Assembly: GCF_000743755.1 (NCBI RefSeq)
Contig: NW_014569536.1
Span: 1-64,000 of the forward strand
DNA: 64,000 bases
DNA from: Blastocystis sp. subtype 4
Taxonomy: Eukaryota
Direction: 5' to 3'
Under the pieces are notes generated by a model. It was not told the DNA's origin. It worked only from the letters and a program-made list of their open reading frames with translations, and did not search any database. Of the stretch, positions 25,511-38,072 are shown one piece after another (within the stretch, counting starts at the first letter, position 1; each line of letters starts with the position of its first letter). Made by a program: the position numbers and the translations under genes.

Positions 25511-27860
25511 ATGAATTATTACCGTAGGTTATTCCATGGAGTATCCATAACAGCTGTAGGAAATAGTACGAATCATGGAGTCCAGAATGTGCAAAATATT
25601 TATCATTATGTCAATTCTTTTGTCATCGATATTCAAGGAAAGTTTGAAATAGAGGTAAAAGGCTGGAGAAAATGGAAATGGACAGCAGTTTACGGAGTTC
25701 TCAATGTATTTGTGTTATTAAAGTACAATTGTAGGAAGAGAACTTTATTGTCTACCTATCTGAGAGAAAAGGGATACCAAAATATCATTTTGAGGTGAAC
25801 GATATCGACCGTGTTGAAAATGTTACAGCTTTGATTGGCAGATCACTTCTAGTATAATAAAGATGAATTAGGACTCTGTTTCCGAATGCGAAGTCATGGC
25901 GAAGGAAGTTCAGAGAAATCCGAATATCATGTTCGTTTTAAGGATGAAGATGAAGTGAATATGAGTTGTTTCTATAACCTCCAGAAGGAAGCCTGGCGTT
26001 CCCAGTTAGAACGTGCCATTTTACGTAGCTCAGCAGTAAGGGATTCCTTGGTAGCTGGAGACTCGACTATTCTGTCATTTCCCTCATTAGGAGGTCGAAG
26101 TCGTGCCTTTTCTGTATTCTATATTGATATGGACTAACAATGAAGGAAAACGCAAACATAATGACGTCTTCTTCTGATATGGATTCTTCATCTGTTTCTT
26201 CTTCAGATTCTATAGATTATGATTCTGATGACTTTCCATTATCTTGCCGTATATTCAACTCGTTCTTTTGATTGTAGATTCGTATGTTCCGAATTTTGCT
26301 TTTCTACACCAACGGACGGATGATCCATCTGGAATGGAGCCTTTTCATCACACCAATACAACTCGAAAGGTATCACTTACCACTGATGAAATCAATCAAT
26401 GTATTTCTTCTTTAGATCCTTGACTCTAGTGACTCGTGAAGCTCTTGATGCTGTGAATGGATGTGATGATCTCTTTTCGGATGATGCTCCATTGCTGATT
26501 GAGGGCGGTTGTGCTGTTGGAATCTCCTTCCATGTTTATTCTTGTTTGCTTCCATCATCCTGTAGAATGTCAAACCACACAACGAAGATCGCATTTTCAT
26601 CAACTCCAGAATTTGTGGGGAATTATGGTCTTCTACAGATTCGACGCCTTCTTATTCATTAAATGAAGAATCATTGATTCGTGTAGTTTCAGAACGACAA
26701 GTAAGCAGAATTCATCAATTGCTATGTAGTTGCAATGGAGCGAATACCAACGTGGTGTTGGAAAGGCGTTGTGTGCAATGTAATTTTTCATTCATTAGTC
26801 TGATATTCAGATTTGATGGACATGCTGGATCCAAGTGTTCTGATTGGTGTGAAAAGAATCTCTTGAATGTCTTTGTGGATTGTTATGATTCTTCTCTTTC
26901 AGATTCGTAGGCATTTTTGTCATGTCATGAATCTAGCCAACTTCTGACAACAGTGGTTTCTCATTTGGAACAAGGTCTGGAGTCATTATTATCCTCTGAA
27001 GAAGCCTCAACGTTAGGAGGTTGCACTTGTACAATTCTTTATCTGAATGACAATCATTACACCATTGTGAACCTAGGTGATACCCAGTATATGTAGTCCT
27101 CTTTCTCTCACTTTTTAGAGCTTATACAATCACTCAGGATACAATCTTTGAAATCACTCAGAAGCATGATGCTGTCTTGGATCAAGAACGAATTCATCAA
27201 GCAGGCGGTTGGGTTACTACTGTGTGTGAATCAACTCGTCCTCGACTGGGATCTGTGATGACAATTCCTACTGTCACTTCACCTCAATCCCCGCGGTTTT
27301 CGTCACCATCGAACACGTTTTCTCCTTTTACCAATTCGGATGTTTCTGCATCACCCATCGAATCTCTTCCTGTCGTACCCACAGGACCTCAGCGACACAT
27401 ACTTCATCGTTCGAGCACCTGTCGACACTACGTGAATGGAGAGCTCGAGGTTGCACGATCTCTTGGAGATTTCGGTTTTAAACTGAGCCATATTTGGGAG
27501 CGGAAATGGCGGTATCCTTCTGAATACAGAGAAAAGTTGGGAGTTGATGGTTTTAAGGCGAATGTGGTGGACAATGTCCCATTTGTCCAGTAGGAGAAGA
27601 TGGTTGTATTGATAGGTAGAAGTGACGAACTGGGTAAAGACAATCGATATATTGTAATTGCAACAGATGGTTTGTGGGAGGTAATTAATCCCAAAGCATG
27701 TATGAAGATTATCATGAAATTGGCTTCAAAATATTCATTAGATGTGATTTGTCGTGTTCTTTTGTGGATTGCTGTAAAGAGAAAGAGTACTGACAACATT
27801 TCCATAATACTTGTTGATTTGATGTATTGTAATGCGCATTCTATGATTCTACGTAATTGA
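25511..27860 (+). CDS. PH-domain plus PP2C-type protein phosphatase
   Basis: N-terminal PH-like region (WRKWKW...EAWRSQLERAI); EDRIF, FDGHAG, GCTCT, NLGD, VNGELEVARSLGD, IATDGLWEV, STDNISII. Confidence 0.85.
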
Positions 27861-28169
27861 TGCAGTCTATGGTGTTTGTTACTGATTCAGAATTCTTCCC
27901 GCCCAGTCTTGTATAGGACATATTTGGGCTTTTCGTCCTGTCCCGAATCTTTTTGTCAGACTTGTCTGTCGTATACAATGTACTATCGCAATTCCTCCCA
28001 TAGTCTCTCTTTGATTCAGATTTTTCATTTGTAGGTAGAGATACATATTTTGCCGCGAATCCAACTAGTGATAGTTAGTTACTGTGGTTTCTCTTGATTT
28101 GTAGATAGTCTTACATATCCTGTATATGGAAACAGAGACTATATGTGTATAGAACAGAACAAACAGAGA

Positions 28170-28637
28170 AGAGGGATACGACGCTCAGTAGTTGTTGATT
28201 TATGTTATGAGTCAGTAGATGGATCATCGTCCTATTTCTTATTCTGCATTGATGTACGATATTCAATTTTCTGTATCCTGTAGGGATGACCCACCTCAGA
28301 GAGATTGGCCAGATCAATCACCATACTATGGTAGTGACTCATTAAATTGTATATTCATCACTGTTTCTCTAATTTCCAGTTATTCGTTCTTATGATTATC
28401 CTTATTCTCGTCAGGAAGCCTATTCTAATAGCCATCTTACCTCAGGAACCTATTATGAACCAAATAGTCGAAGTCGATCAGTAGCTCACACAACTGGTTA
28501 CATTGGTGCTTGGGATCATTCTCCTCTAACTCCCTCAGACTCTGATATGAGTTTTCAATTTCCAGGACGTAGAATCTCTTTCTTCTTCTAATCGTTAGCC
28601 TTTCCTTCTTTTCACAGTACTGATTTATTGAAGTCAT
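28170..28637 (-). CDS. Hypothetical multi-exon protein; 3' end uncertain
   Basis: Spliceable ORF fragments (RRKRFYVLEIENSYQSLRELEEND...; HLLTHNINQQLLSVVSL) upstream of TGTTTGTT. Confidence 0.4.
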
Positions 28638-28651
28638 TCTAATCTCCCTTT

Positions 28652-31457
28652 GTGACTTGTAGAAATAACCTCTCGAATTCTTGGAGAGAAAGTTCTATGT
28701 TCGATCCCTACAGAACGAGTGAACAGTTTCATGATTATGACACTTCTCCAGATATCTGGCCTTCAAGTGGTGATATGAACACTTCTTGGACGCACTCATC
28801 TGTTATGAATCGTACATCCTCAGATGGTATCTGTGCTGAGAATTTGAGTTTTGCCTCTTCTCGTATGAAGTACCATGAGCCTTTTCATCCTTCATGGGAT
28901 GATCGCTCGATGGACACAGCCTCTTTCACATATTCTCCTTATCCCCGTGATTCTGGTCATCCCTCATGGAATGGATCATCTGTCTCAGGGTATCGAGGTT
29001 CAAGTGGTGGGAGTTCAATAGGAGGGGCTCATATAGATGTGAGTAGATCATGGGGAGGAGATGGAATGGGAGGAATGACTGCATCAATGCTGGACTCATT
29101 GCCTGTGGGGGTGATTGATGGTTATATGACAGACTCAAAGCGAATGCTGGTATCAGAGGAGGATGTTCTGAAGGAGTTGATGGAACCTCTGAACCAGTCT
29201 TCGGTAGCTATGGAAGTGGTGAATGAATCTTATCACAATGATGAGTCGAAGGTCATGGAGTCATCATCCCAGCAATGTTTTGCTGAACCCACAGTGAAGG
29301 AAGAAGTGATATCGGAACCCTTCTCAAACAAATCCTTCATTCTCAAGGAGGGTCTTTCTCTCCGAAGTTATCAGATTCCAGCCCCTCTTACCAACACTCC
29401 TCCAATCATACGAGGTACATCCCAATTTCGGAAATTCAAACGGCAGCTGGATAATTTGATGGCAAATCGAACCTCTTTCTCTTCTGATGGATTCCTCCTC
29501 CAACTCCAGAATCTTACGGAAATCTACCCAACTTGTGGAATTCCATGGTTAGAATTGAGTTCAGCCCAACACATGGAAGGAGACCTTGAAGGAGCGTTAG
29601 GAACATTAACAAAGGGTTTGGCTTATCTTCCTACAAATGAGACTCTCCTTGAGAAGCGAATCAAATTAGCTGAACGAGTTCGAAACCCCATGATTGTCAT
29701 AGAATCCACACTACAGTTGTTATCACTGAACACTTCTAGAGGGACTCGGAGTGGAATTGAGGGTATTATGACATTAGCAAAGATGAATCAAGTCTGTTAT
29801 GCACTCTCTCTCTTCACTGAAGTCATTGACAGTGATATTCTCATAGAACCATCTTCATTATTGGACTACGTTCGATTTGTGGGTAAAATACGTGGTTGGA
29901 AAGAAAGTGAATATGAGTTCTGGAGACTTAAGACAGTACAACCAGAATACAGTTCAATATGGTTCTATGAACTCCAAATGAAGGAACAAAAACTAACCTA
30001 TTTTTGGAATGGCAAAAGATTGAAGGATCGTTGTATGGGTCTTATCATTCTGAAGTTTTTAAAGGAGGCAGAAAACTATATCACTGGAGAATTGCTCTGG
30101 AAGGTTTTTTGTAATGCTGCTCAGGCTGAGATTAGGAGTTACACACATGTCCGAACTCTGGGTCGTCAGTGTGGAGTATGAAATGATCGTAGAATAATAG
30201 ATAGAAAATCCAATATGATGATGCTGAGGAGCTGAAGGTAATGAAGGATCATCATGTTGATGTATAGGATTTGACGAAATGGATCTATTGGGTTCATTCG
30301 ATCATAGCCTATTTCCTCATAAATAGCTTGAAGTGTTGTTCGGAGGCATACGCATGGAAGATTTGGATGATGTGTGCAAAAACAGAGCTTACTTTTGGCA
30401 ATCGCATATTAGCAAAAAAGGTCATAATTTTCGCTTCTTATCAGATATAGTTCATGCTTCGTTCTGGTGAGTCTGTTCCCGAGAATCAGTATCTGCTGTA
30501 TCTTCAAGATATAGCCAAGCTTTTGGAGGCAGCTGGTGACTTTGAAACAGCAACTTTGCCACTGAGTTGGGTCATTCATGAAACTCCCTTAGAATGGAAG
30601 CTGGTCTTAGATCTGATCCTGAAAGAGGTTGGTATGAAGAATGATTGACACATAGTTACGAAGAAATCATTCAAGTGCTTTGGCTCTGGGACTGGAAGCA
30701 TTACGTCAGGTTCCTACAGCAGGTCGACTGTGGTCTGTTCTCATTCAGCTGGTTCATTAGTATGATCGTTCCAAGAGTCTAAACTGTAGTTACTTGGGTC
30801 CTCGAATGGCCTATCAAGCCTTCCTAGTGGGGTTGCAATACTCCCCAAAGTCAGGAGAGGTGTGGTGTGAAGGAGCTCGTGTGTTCATGAATCCGTGTTC
30901 ATCTTTCTTTTCCATTCGCAATGCACAGATTGCACTTGAACTAGCTATCACATTCACACCTCAGTATGGCGATGTGTTCATTGAAGTAAGATAGGATTCT
31001 TGGTTGTGAATTCCAGGCTGTTCGTCTTCGTATGATTACCTCAGAATTGTTCCTTCGATTTGCTCATTCATCAGCTCCATTCTTCTTGTCCCATCTGTTG
31101 GCATCAATAGAATTCACTCCAATTATTCAGAAATGTATTTTTTCTGATCCTAATTATGGTGGCTGTTGGTTTACTATGAAACAGTTCCCTCTCAGCAATG
31201 CTGAAGGAGTAATTCGACGTTCAATTCTAAGTGTTGCTTATTATCTTGCTCAAGATGCAGACTTGTATTATCAAGCTATGAAGCGCGCTTCATTACGAAA
31301 GAATGGTTGTCAGGATCACTCGTATCTACTTGAAGGAATCCCGTTTGCTCGATGTGCTTTTGCCATTCCCCCATTATTTATTCCTCGTAGGGGACGCAGT
31401 ACATCTACCGGAGAGCAGCTGAAGCTACTCTTTGGATCTAGTCAAATCGAAGGATAG
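28652..31457 (+). CDS. TPR/HAT-repeat protein with disordered N-terminus
   Basis: Helical repeats (YPTCGIPWLELS, AGRLWSVLIQL, PKSGEVWCEGAR, FTPQYGDVFIE, DPNYGGCWF); TAG then CGCC then TGTTTGTT. Confidence 0.7.
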
Positions 31458-31475
31458 CGCCTGTTTGTTCATACA

Positions 31476-32197
31476 ATGACTCCACCCCAAGAGCGAAAAC
31501 GGTTGTCTCAGCTCTCTTGGGACCGGGAAAAAGGTTTAGCAGTGTTAGAATTGAAAAAGCATGAGGTTTGGATGATCATCTTATTCTAGAGGATTATATA
31601 TCCAGCAATTTGGATTTGCTATGAATAGTATAGAATATCTATATCCTGAGGATGTTTGTTTGCTCCTGGAAAAGAATGCTGTCGAGTTGATGGATTGTAA
31701 GTCTGAAGAGATAACTCAGGTATGTAAAGGATACTAGAATAATCAAATAGCGTATTTGTTCATTATCAGTTCCACAAGGGTTCGATTCGGTTCTTTACGC
31801 TGTGTATCGTGACCTACGACTTCATTCTTTCAAGGTGTATCGAATAGAACAGTATTCTAGTTGAGGGATTCGATTATTTAGTTTTCGTTCATTTCCTGCG
31901 CAAACACCATCCAAGGCTGATTTCTTTCATTGGATTGCATATTCTCCGTCAACTTTAGTTCATCGATCCCATCCTCCAGTTCCTGAATACTACGTTCATT
32001 GTATTCCGTACCTCTTGGTTTTCATATTTCATTGTAGATCATCTTCGTATGTTTCATCTCTTGAGGAGTGTAGGAATCTAATAGGACTTGCAAATGGTAG
32101 CAACGTCCTCGTAGCAGTGGTTACTGAGGATTTTTCGGTATCTTACTTTTTGCTTTCAGATGTCTCTTCAACTAGCAGTTCTGCTTATTGCAATTGA
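31476..32197 (+). CDS. tRNA-splicing endonuclease Sen54-like subunit
   Basis: LSQLSWDREKGLAVLELKK...FGFAMNSIEYLYPEDVCLLLEK...YAVYRDLR, typical of the Sen54 N-terminal domain. Confidence 0.6.
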
Positions 32198-32303
32198 TAA
32201 ATTGTTTCCATAATGTCTATTTATCCTGACTGTTTGTTGAAATGCCAGTCTGTCAAAACGACGAAAAAACCGCACATTCGGCTAACAGTGATTTGTTTGA
32301 TAT

Positions 32304-35300
32304 ATGAACAACGACTTGGATTGCATTGTATAAGCCATGACCTCCACTATTGTAGACTCTAGAACGGATTACTTGACAGGTAGCGATCTACTCCCTTTCT
32401 TAGGGAATATGAGACAGTTATGAGGAATTTTGTGTCGTCAAGACTTTCGTTAGGAAAGAAAGTTGATCTGCTCAAGAGTAATGAGGAATTATGGAAAAGT
32501 GACGTGTTTATGTTTTTCGTAGCTTGAATTGTTAATACTGTAGTTATGAACGGAAAGAGAATGTGAAATTTGTCCAGCAGATGTTTCTTGACATTTGGGA
32601 CTATTACTTAAAGTTCTTAGAGAAGCCTGAGATATCCTGTGATTTGAATTTAATTCTGAGATTTTCTTGACGAAAGTCGTTGTCAGCAGATGTGGAATCT
32701 ACGATTATGGACTTGATTATCCATATTATGTGTCGTCATGAATACAAACTTGAGTACTTGTGTAAGTTTGAGGATGCAAACTATATCGGCATCTCTCGAC
32801 GAGGATGTAACATAACACAGACCTATCGGTGATTTTATTAACAATGTCTGATATGTAGACATCTGCTTGCGAAGTGTCGTAGTTTGTGTGAGAAGAAGAT
32901 GAAATCACGGATATCGACGAGTGAGGAATGTGATTTCTGCGGTTGTACCTATGCGGTCAGTTTTCTTCGTGAGAAACAGTTCCAGAAGCCGGTTCTGAAA
33001 GCTATCCGAAGAGGTTTCTTAGAATGGTTTACCGTGACCAGTCAGATTAACTCATATCGAGGGATTCACTCAGTTCGATTAAATCGGTTGGTTTAAATAG
33101 TGCTGATGATAATTAGTTCGTTAAAGATGATTCTGAAGGAAATCACACAATACAACTTTCATGACTTCAATTGTACCAGTCTACAGGCCTATTTTGACAG
33201 ATGCGAGGAAGAAAATGCTTCATATCATCAATCACTCAAAATGGAGGGTATTTTTGTCATTGAGAATTAAGGATCAGTGAAGCGAAAACCAACAGATATC
33301 TCTCTGCGAGGCATGTTATCTGTCTTGAATCGATCTCATTCTGCCCTGAGTTTGTCAGCAGAGAGAGGAACATCCTTATCGTTCTACAACAATGCTGTTC
33401 ATTCAAATTCGGGACTAAATTTGGAATTCCAAACAAATGATCAATTATCAACAATTGTAGAGAATGAGCTGAATATGTTAACAGAATCGGGTCACCTATC
33501 ATCAGAACATCCCCAATTCTCTCCGAATGGGTCTGATGATGAGAGTATTCGAAGTTATCGTCGTGAAAGTGTCTGTACTGTGGTGCCTGGGTTGACAGAG
33601 GATGCATCTGTGGAAGTGATTGATTGTCCTTCCTTTTGTGGGAGTCAGATGGAGTTGGGAGAGAGTGTAAGTGAGAATGAAGAACTTGATTTGATAGGAT
33701 TCGGTTGGAAGTGTTTGTAAACCAGGAAATGCAGTTCGATTTGAAATGTTAAATCCAACTCTGTTTTTAATGCGAAGTATTGATGAATATGCAGAACGAA
33801 TGTTAAGAATAACAAGTACAAAAGAGGAGGTATTTTTGTCATGACAAAAATCATAGATATAGTTAGATTGGTGTTCATTATTGTTACATAATGGGAACGT
33901 ATACATTAGCTTTGTTAACTACTATCATCAATATGTTCATAGTATTGGGAAGGGTGATATTCTATGGAAAAATGTACCTGGATATAGTGAGATTTGTGTT
34001 ACTGTTCCTTTGATGGTTATGGAATGTCGGTTTCAGGTATGTATGGTGAGATGTGCTGTTATGAGTCTCACTCAGTCAATCACTCCATCATTTTCATTCC
34101 ACTCATTGAACTCTCACTCAGTTGACGATTACACTAATCCGAACTCATTCACTATCACTCCACTTCTCTAACACACCTTTCATAGAATCGCTCAATTAAG
34201 GAAGAGTCCTTCTTTCAGCAAGATTTCGCGTCTTTAGACCTGTCACTCTTCTATCCCGCCACTTGTTTCCGCTTGAAGAATGTGTCATCTGATTCTCATC
34301 CTATTCTCAAATCCATTCGTACATTGCCCAAATACAATCCTCATCTTGCATATCCATGTCTTCTAGCTGTATTTTTATCTTCCAATCTGAAGCTTCCCAA
34401 GGATGTGATAGCATATCTCGCTCGTTCCAAAGAGGTTATTCGATCTGCTCATCAGGCTGGATTATCATACTATCGGACTGCATTACAACGTCAACAGGAT
34501 GACTGTCTTGTTTCTGATGTCCTCCAGGCTAATACTGCTAGTTCTGCGGGGAAACTGGAGGTTCATAGCAATCCCACGACACCTCGAACAGATTCGCCAA
34601 CACTTCAACCCAGACAAAACAAATCAGTATCATTCTCCATCAAACGATCCTTATTGTCTTTGTGGAGTTCAGGAAGATCGCCTGCTGAGGCCTCTCCTCC
34701 ATTATCAGTGACACCCGATGTATCGGATCCCCGCGGAAGTGATTTATCCTCGTGCGGATTCAATGAACAGGTGGAATACTCTCTCTTTAATTTGTCTCGT
34801 ATTGTTTCTCTTCTCGCTTTACAATACTACGAAGTATTGAAAGTGGATCACCAGGAGGTGAGATTGATGCATGTTGATTACAATCAGATTCTCACTTGTG
34901 CCATTGCTACAATTTATGAGATTCCTACAATTGTTTCAAAAGGTGATTTTCACATTTTCATGAATACCGCCTTTTTTGGCAATTCCAAATATCTTCTCCG
35001 TTATGATGCCTCTGTGAAGCCAACACGTGTTCAATCCCCTTTCATCAATCACTCTTATCCTAATATGCTCTGTCGTCTCTTCACCCACTGGAGTCAGGAT
35101 GTGAGGGAGTATTTGCATCGTCTCCTTGTCTTCCGAATCATCATTCCGTATTCATAAGAGAATGAGCTGAAGAATAGGAATAGTTATGGTCTGACAGAGC
35201 TACAACGATTACTGATTTGTGGATATCAGGAGGTTGCATCGAAGAGACACATGCCATTGAACTATCAGCACAACTCAAATATATTTGTAGCAGAACGACA

Positions 35301-35703
35301 AGAGAGTGATTATGAGAGTATTGGAAGAGAGTTGTTACTCTATCTCACAACTCATCATTCGAATGAAGTACTAGAAGCGCAGCAACAGGCAGTAACATCC
35401 CATCTTTATGTAGGAATGGTACGTGTAGATGATGAACAGAATGACTATTCGACTCGACTGGCAATGGAATTGGATTTGTATCTCTTCTCATTATTCACAC
35501 ATCACTATGCTGAAGAGAGTCCACTGATCTATCAAGAACCTATATTCACGTGAGTTTCTTGACTAGTTCTGATTTGCAGTTATCTTCTTGATTCGATTGG
35601 TCATTTTGCAGAGCTGCTGTTTAGAGCACATAATGATCCAGAACATGTGAAAGCTCCTGTTCTTCTCAATATGGTGTATTCGCAGTTTGGAAATGGGTAC
35701 TAG
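32304..35703 (+). CDS. Large hypothetical protein with a DUF1765-like segment
   Basis: Many spliceable exons; RLFTHWSQDVREYLHRLLVFRI resembles the DUF1765 motif. Confidence 0.5.
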
Positions 35704-35757
35704 ATGAAGTTTCATGTTGATGTGTCCTACCAACAAACAAAAAACACTAAAAAGGAC

Positions 35758-36091
35758 TCACAAAATAAAGGTATTTAACAACTCTTTCAGTTTCGAACTA
35801 AAGTGACGCTTATGATGAGAAGAATACTCAGCTACCACTCAGAATAATGAGGATTTATGTACGTTCAACTACTGGTGTACTAACGGGATCTGAAGGGGAC
35901 GGTGAAGTACGAGGTCTTCCAGTATTTCTTCGCTGGATTCGATCGGACTTGTACAATTGACTATCGTCTGTGGGAGATGATTCATCACTGCTCAGAACAA
36001 CAGGAATAACATCAAAGAATGAGTCCACATCCGTGTCAGCAACAGGAGGCAAAACAGCTGACACATCAGTTAACTCGTCTGTCTGATTCAT
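35758..36091 (-). CDS. Small hypothetical Ser/Pro/Asp-rich protein (2 exons)
   Basis: MNQTDELTDV...PVVE/PEYSSHHKRHFSSKLKELLNTFIL*; TGTTTGTT downstream. Confidence 0.5.
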
Positions 36092-36313
36092 GGGTACAAA
36101 CAAGAAGGAAAAGTGAAGGCATATGCGTCTCGCAATCTGATTGGCTGACGGAGTATCAACCATATTTCTTCGCTGGAAAATTTCTGAAGGTTCTCCAGTG
36201 TCAGACGGATCGAAAACGGTTAGCTCGCTCTCCTGTATTCGGATGAACCATTAGCCCATTTATCAGAATTAACCAGAATTGCCCAAAAGTGGAAACCCCA
36301 TAATAGTTTTGGA

Positions 36314-37522
36314 ATGTCCACCGAAGTTGAGATGAAACCAGCGGAAACCACTGCTGAGACAAAGCAGGTCAGTACCCCCGAGAATGAGCCCAAGGCGGAG
36401 GAAAAGGTGGTGATTCCGGAGAAGAAGGAAGTAGAGGAGGCAAAAGCAAAGCCAAACATGTGCAAACGATTCTGCAAACGTTGGTTCATTGACGCTTTTG
36501 GTGGAATGGCTCTAGGTCTTTTCTGCACACTTATTGCTGGTCTTATCCTTAAACAGATCGCAAAACTCATTGGTGATAACGGGGTTGGTAGCTTTTTGAC
36601 GACCATTGGTCAAGTGGCCTCTGTTCTTATGGGTTGTGGTATCGGTGCAGGTGTTGGATATGCACTGAATTCGCCTCGACTTGTTCTCTTTTGTGCTATC
36701 GTGAATGGTTTTGTTGGTGCCAATGCTTCAGCAATCCAAAAAGGGACTCTGTTCGATGGCACAGCCATTACACTAACTGGGGGAGGTGATCCAATCAGTG
36801 CCTATCTGGCTGCAATCGTTGCTGTCGAGATTGGGTTGTTGATTGCTGGAAAGACATCGATTGATATTCTCCTTGTCCCTCTGGTTTGTCTTTTAACTGG
36901 TTCTATTGTTGCTTTCTTCCTGGGCCCTCCTATTGCTCAGTTGTTGGCATTGATTGGTAGTCTTATCGAAAGTGCTACCACTTTGCAGCCTGTTCTTATG
37001 GGTATGCTGGTTGCCGTTGTGATGGGTGTTCTTTTGACAATGCCTACTTCGTCTGCTGCCATTGGTATCTCTATTGGAATGACTGGTATTTCTTCTGCTG
37101 CAGCTTCAGCTGGTTGTGCTTGTCAAATGGTTGGGTTTGCTTTCAGTAGTTTCCGTGAGAATGGTTGGGGTGGATTGATTGCTCAAGGTGTGGGCACCTC
37201 AATGCTCCAAATTCCCAACGTGATGAAGCATCCTCAGATTCTGATTCCTCCAATCGTTGCTTCGTTGGTAGCAGGACCGATTTCGGCTGCATTGTTCAAA
37301 TTGCAGTGTAATCCAGCAGGAAGTGGAATGGGTACTTCTGGCTTCGTTGGTGTTCTTATGACCTACGATATGTCAGTAGGGTCGTTAGGAGTCGGTAAGA
37401 CTCTTGCAGGAATCCTTGTTTGCTTTTTCATTATTCCTGCTGTCGTTAGCTTGGCGACAAGTGAGTTTATGAGAAAGAAGGGTTGGATAAAGAAGGACGA
37501 TATGAAGATCATGACGAATTAG
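36314..37522 (+). CDS. Bacterial-type PTS EIIC-like membrane protein (PTS_EIIC_2/PfoR family), intronless
   Basis: FIDAFGGMALGLFCTLIAGLILKQ, PTSSAAI, CQMVGFAFSSFRENGWGGLIAQGVGTSMLQIPN, GSGMGTSGFVG; many TM helices. Confidence 0.88.
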   Translation: MSTEVEMKPAETTAETKQVSTPENEPKAEEKVVIPEKKEVEEAKAKPNMCKRFCKRWFIDAFGGMALGLFCTLIAGLILKQIAKLIGDNGVGSFLTTIGQVASVLMGCGIGAGVGYALNSPRLVLFCAIVNGFVGANASAIQKGTLFDGTAITLTGGGDPISAYLAAIVAVEIGLLIAGKTSIDILLVPLVCLLTGSIVAFFLGPPIAQLLALIGSLIESATTLQPVLMGMLVAVVMGVLLTMPTSSAAIGISIGMTGISSAAASAGCACQMVGFAFSSFRENGWGGLIAQGVGTSMLQIPNVMKHPQILIPPIVASLVAGPISAALFKLQCNPAGSGMGTSGFVGVLMTYDMSVGSLGVGKTLAGILVCFFIIPAVVSLATSEFMRKKGWIKKDDMKIMTN

Positions 37523-37653
37523 AGGGTCAATTCCTAGATGACGTTGCTTGCAACGTAGTAGCTTTTCATCTCTTGAGATGTTTGGGGGTTATTCTTAATG
37601 AATACGATTGTTTGTTCAAAGGAATCATTTGGTTTTCCATTTATGGTTGTTCT

Positions 37654-38032
37654 ATGAGAAGTAAGTGATGATTCTATTTATTAATAAGATAGAACAGCCT
37701 TCAGACCCTTCTTTTCCCTCATATAACACCAATAAGAATGTCTTCCAAAAAGACCTTTGGGAGGAATTTGAATCCAATTTCTATAAATATACATTTTATG
37801 GAGTTGGTTTAGGGTTCCTAGTTGCTTCGGTATTCTCTGGTTGTTTCCATCTCCGTTGTTTTCATTTCTAGGTAGACCAAGAGTACGGGAAAGCATTACT
37901 CTATTCGGATTAGGGTGTGGAATGGCATATCCGTGTAAACGCTATCAGTACGATTCGCAACCCTATGATACGAATGTAATATTTACAAAGAAATCTCATC
38001 TCCAACGCAGAAATAGAGTCATGAATCAGTAG
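37654..38032 (+). CDS. MIC10: MICOS subunit Mic10-like
   Basis: Spliced sequence ...DLWEEFESNFYKYTFYGVGLGFLVASVFS/GRPRVRESITLFGLGCGMAYPC: two TM segments with GxGxG motifs and a basic loop. Confidence 0.7.
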
Positions 38033-38072
38033 AGTTAATACACATCCTGTTTATTTCAATAAACAAATCTAT

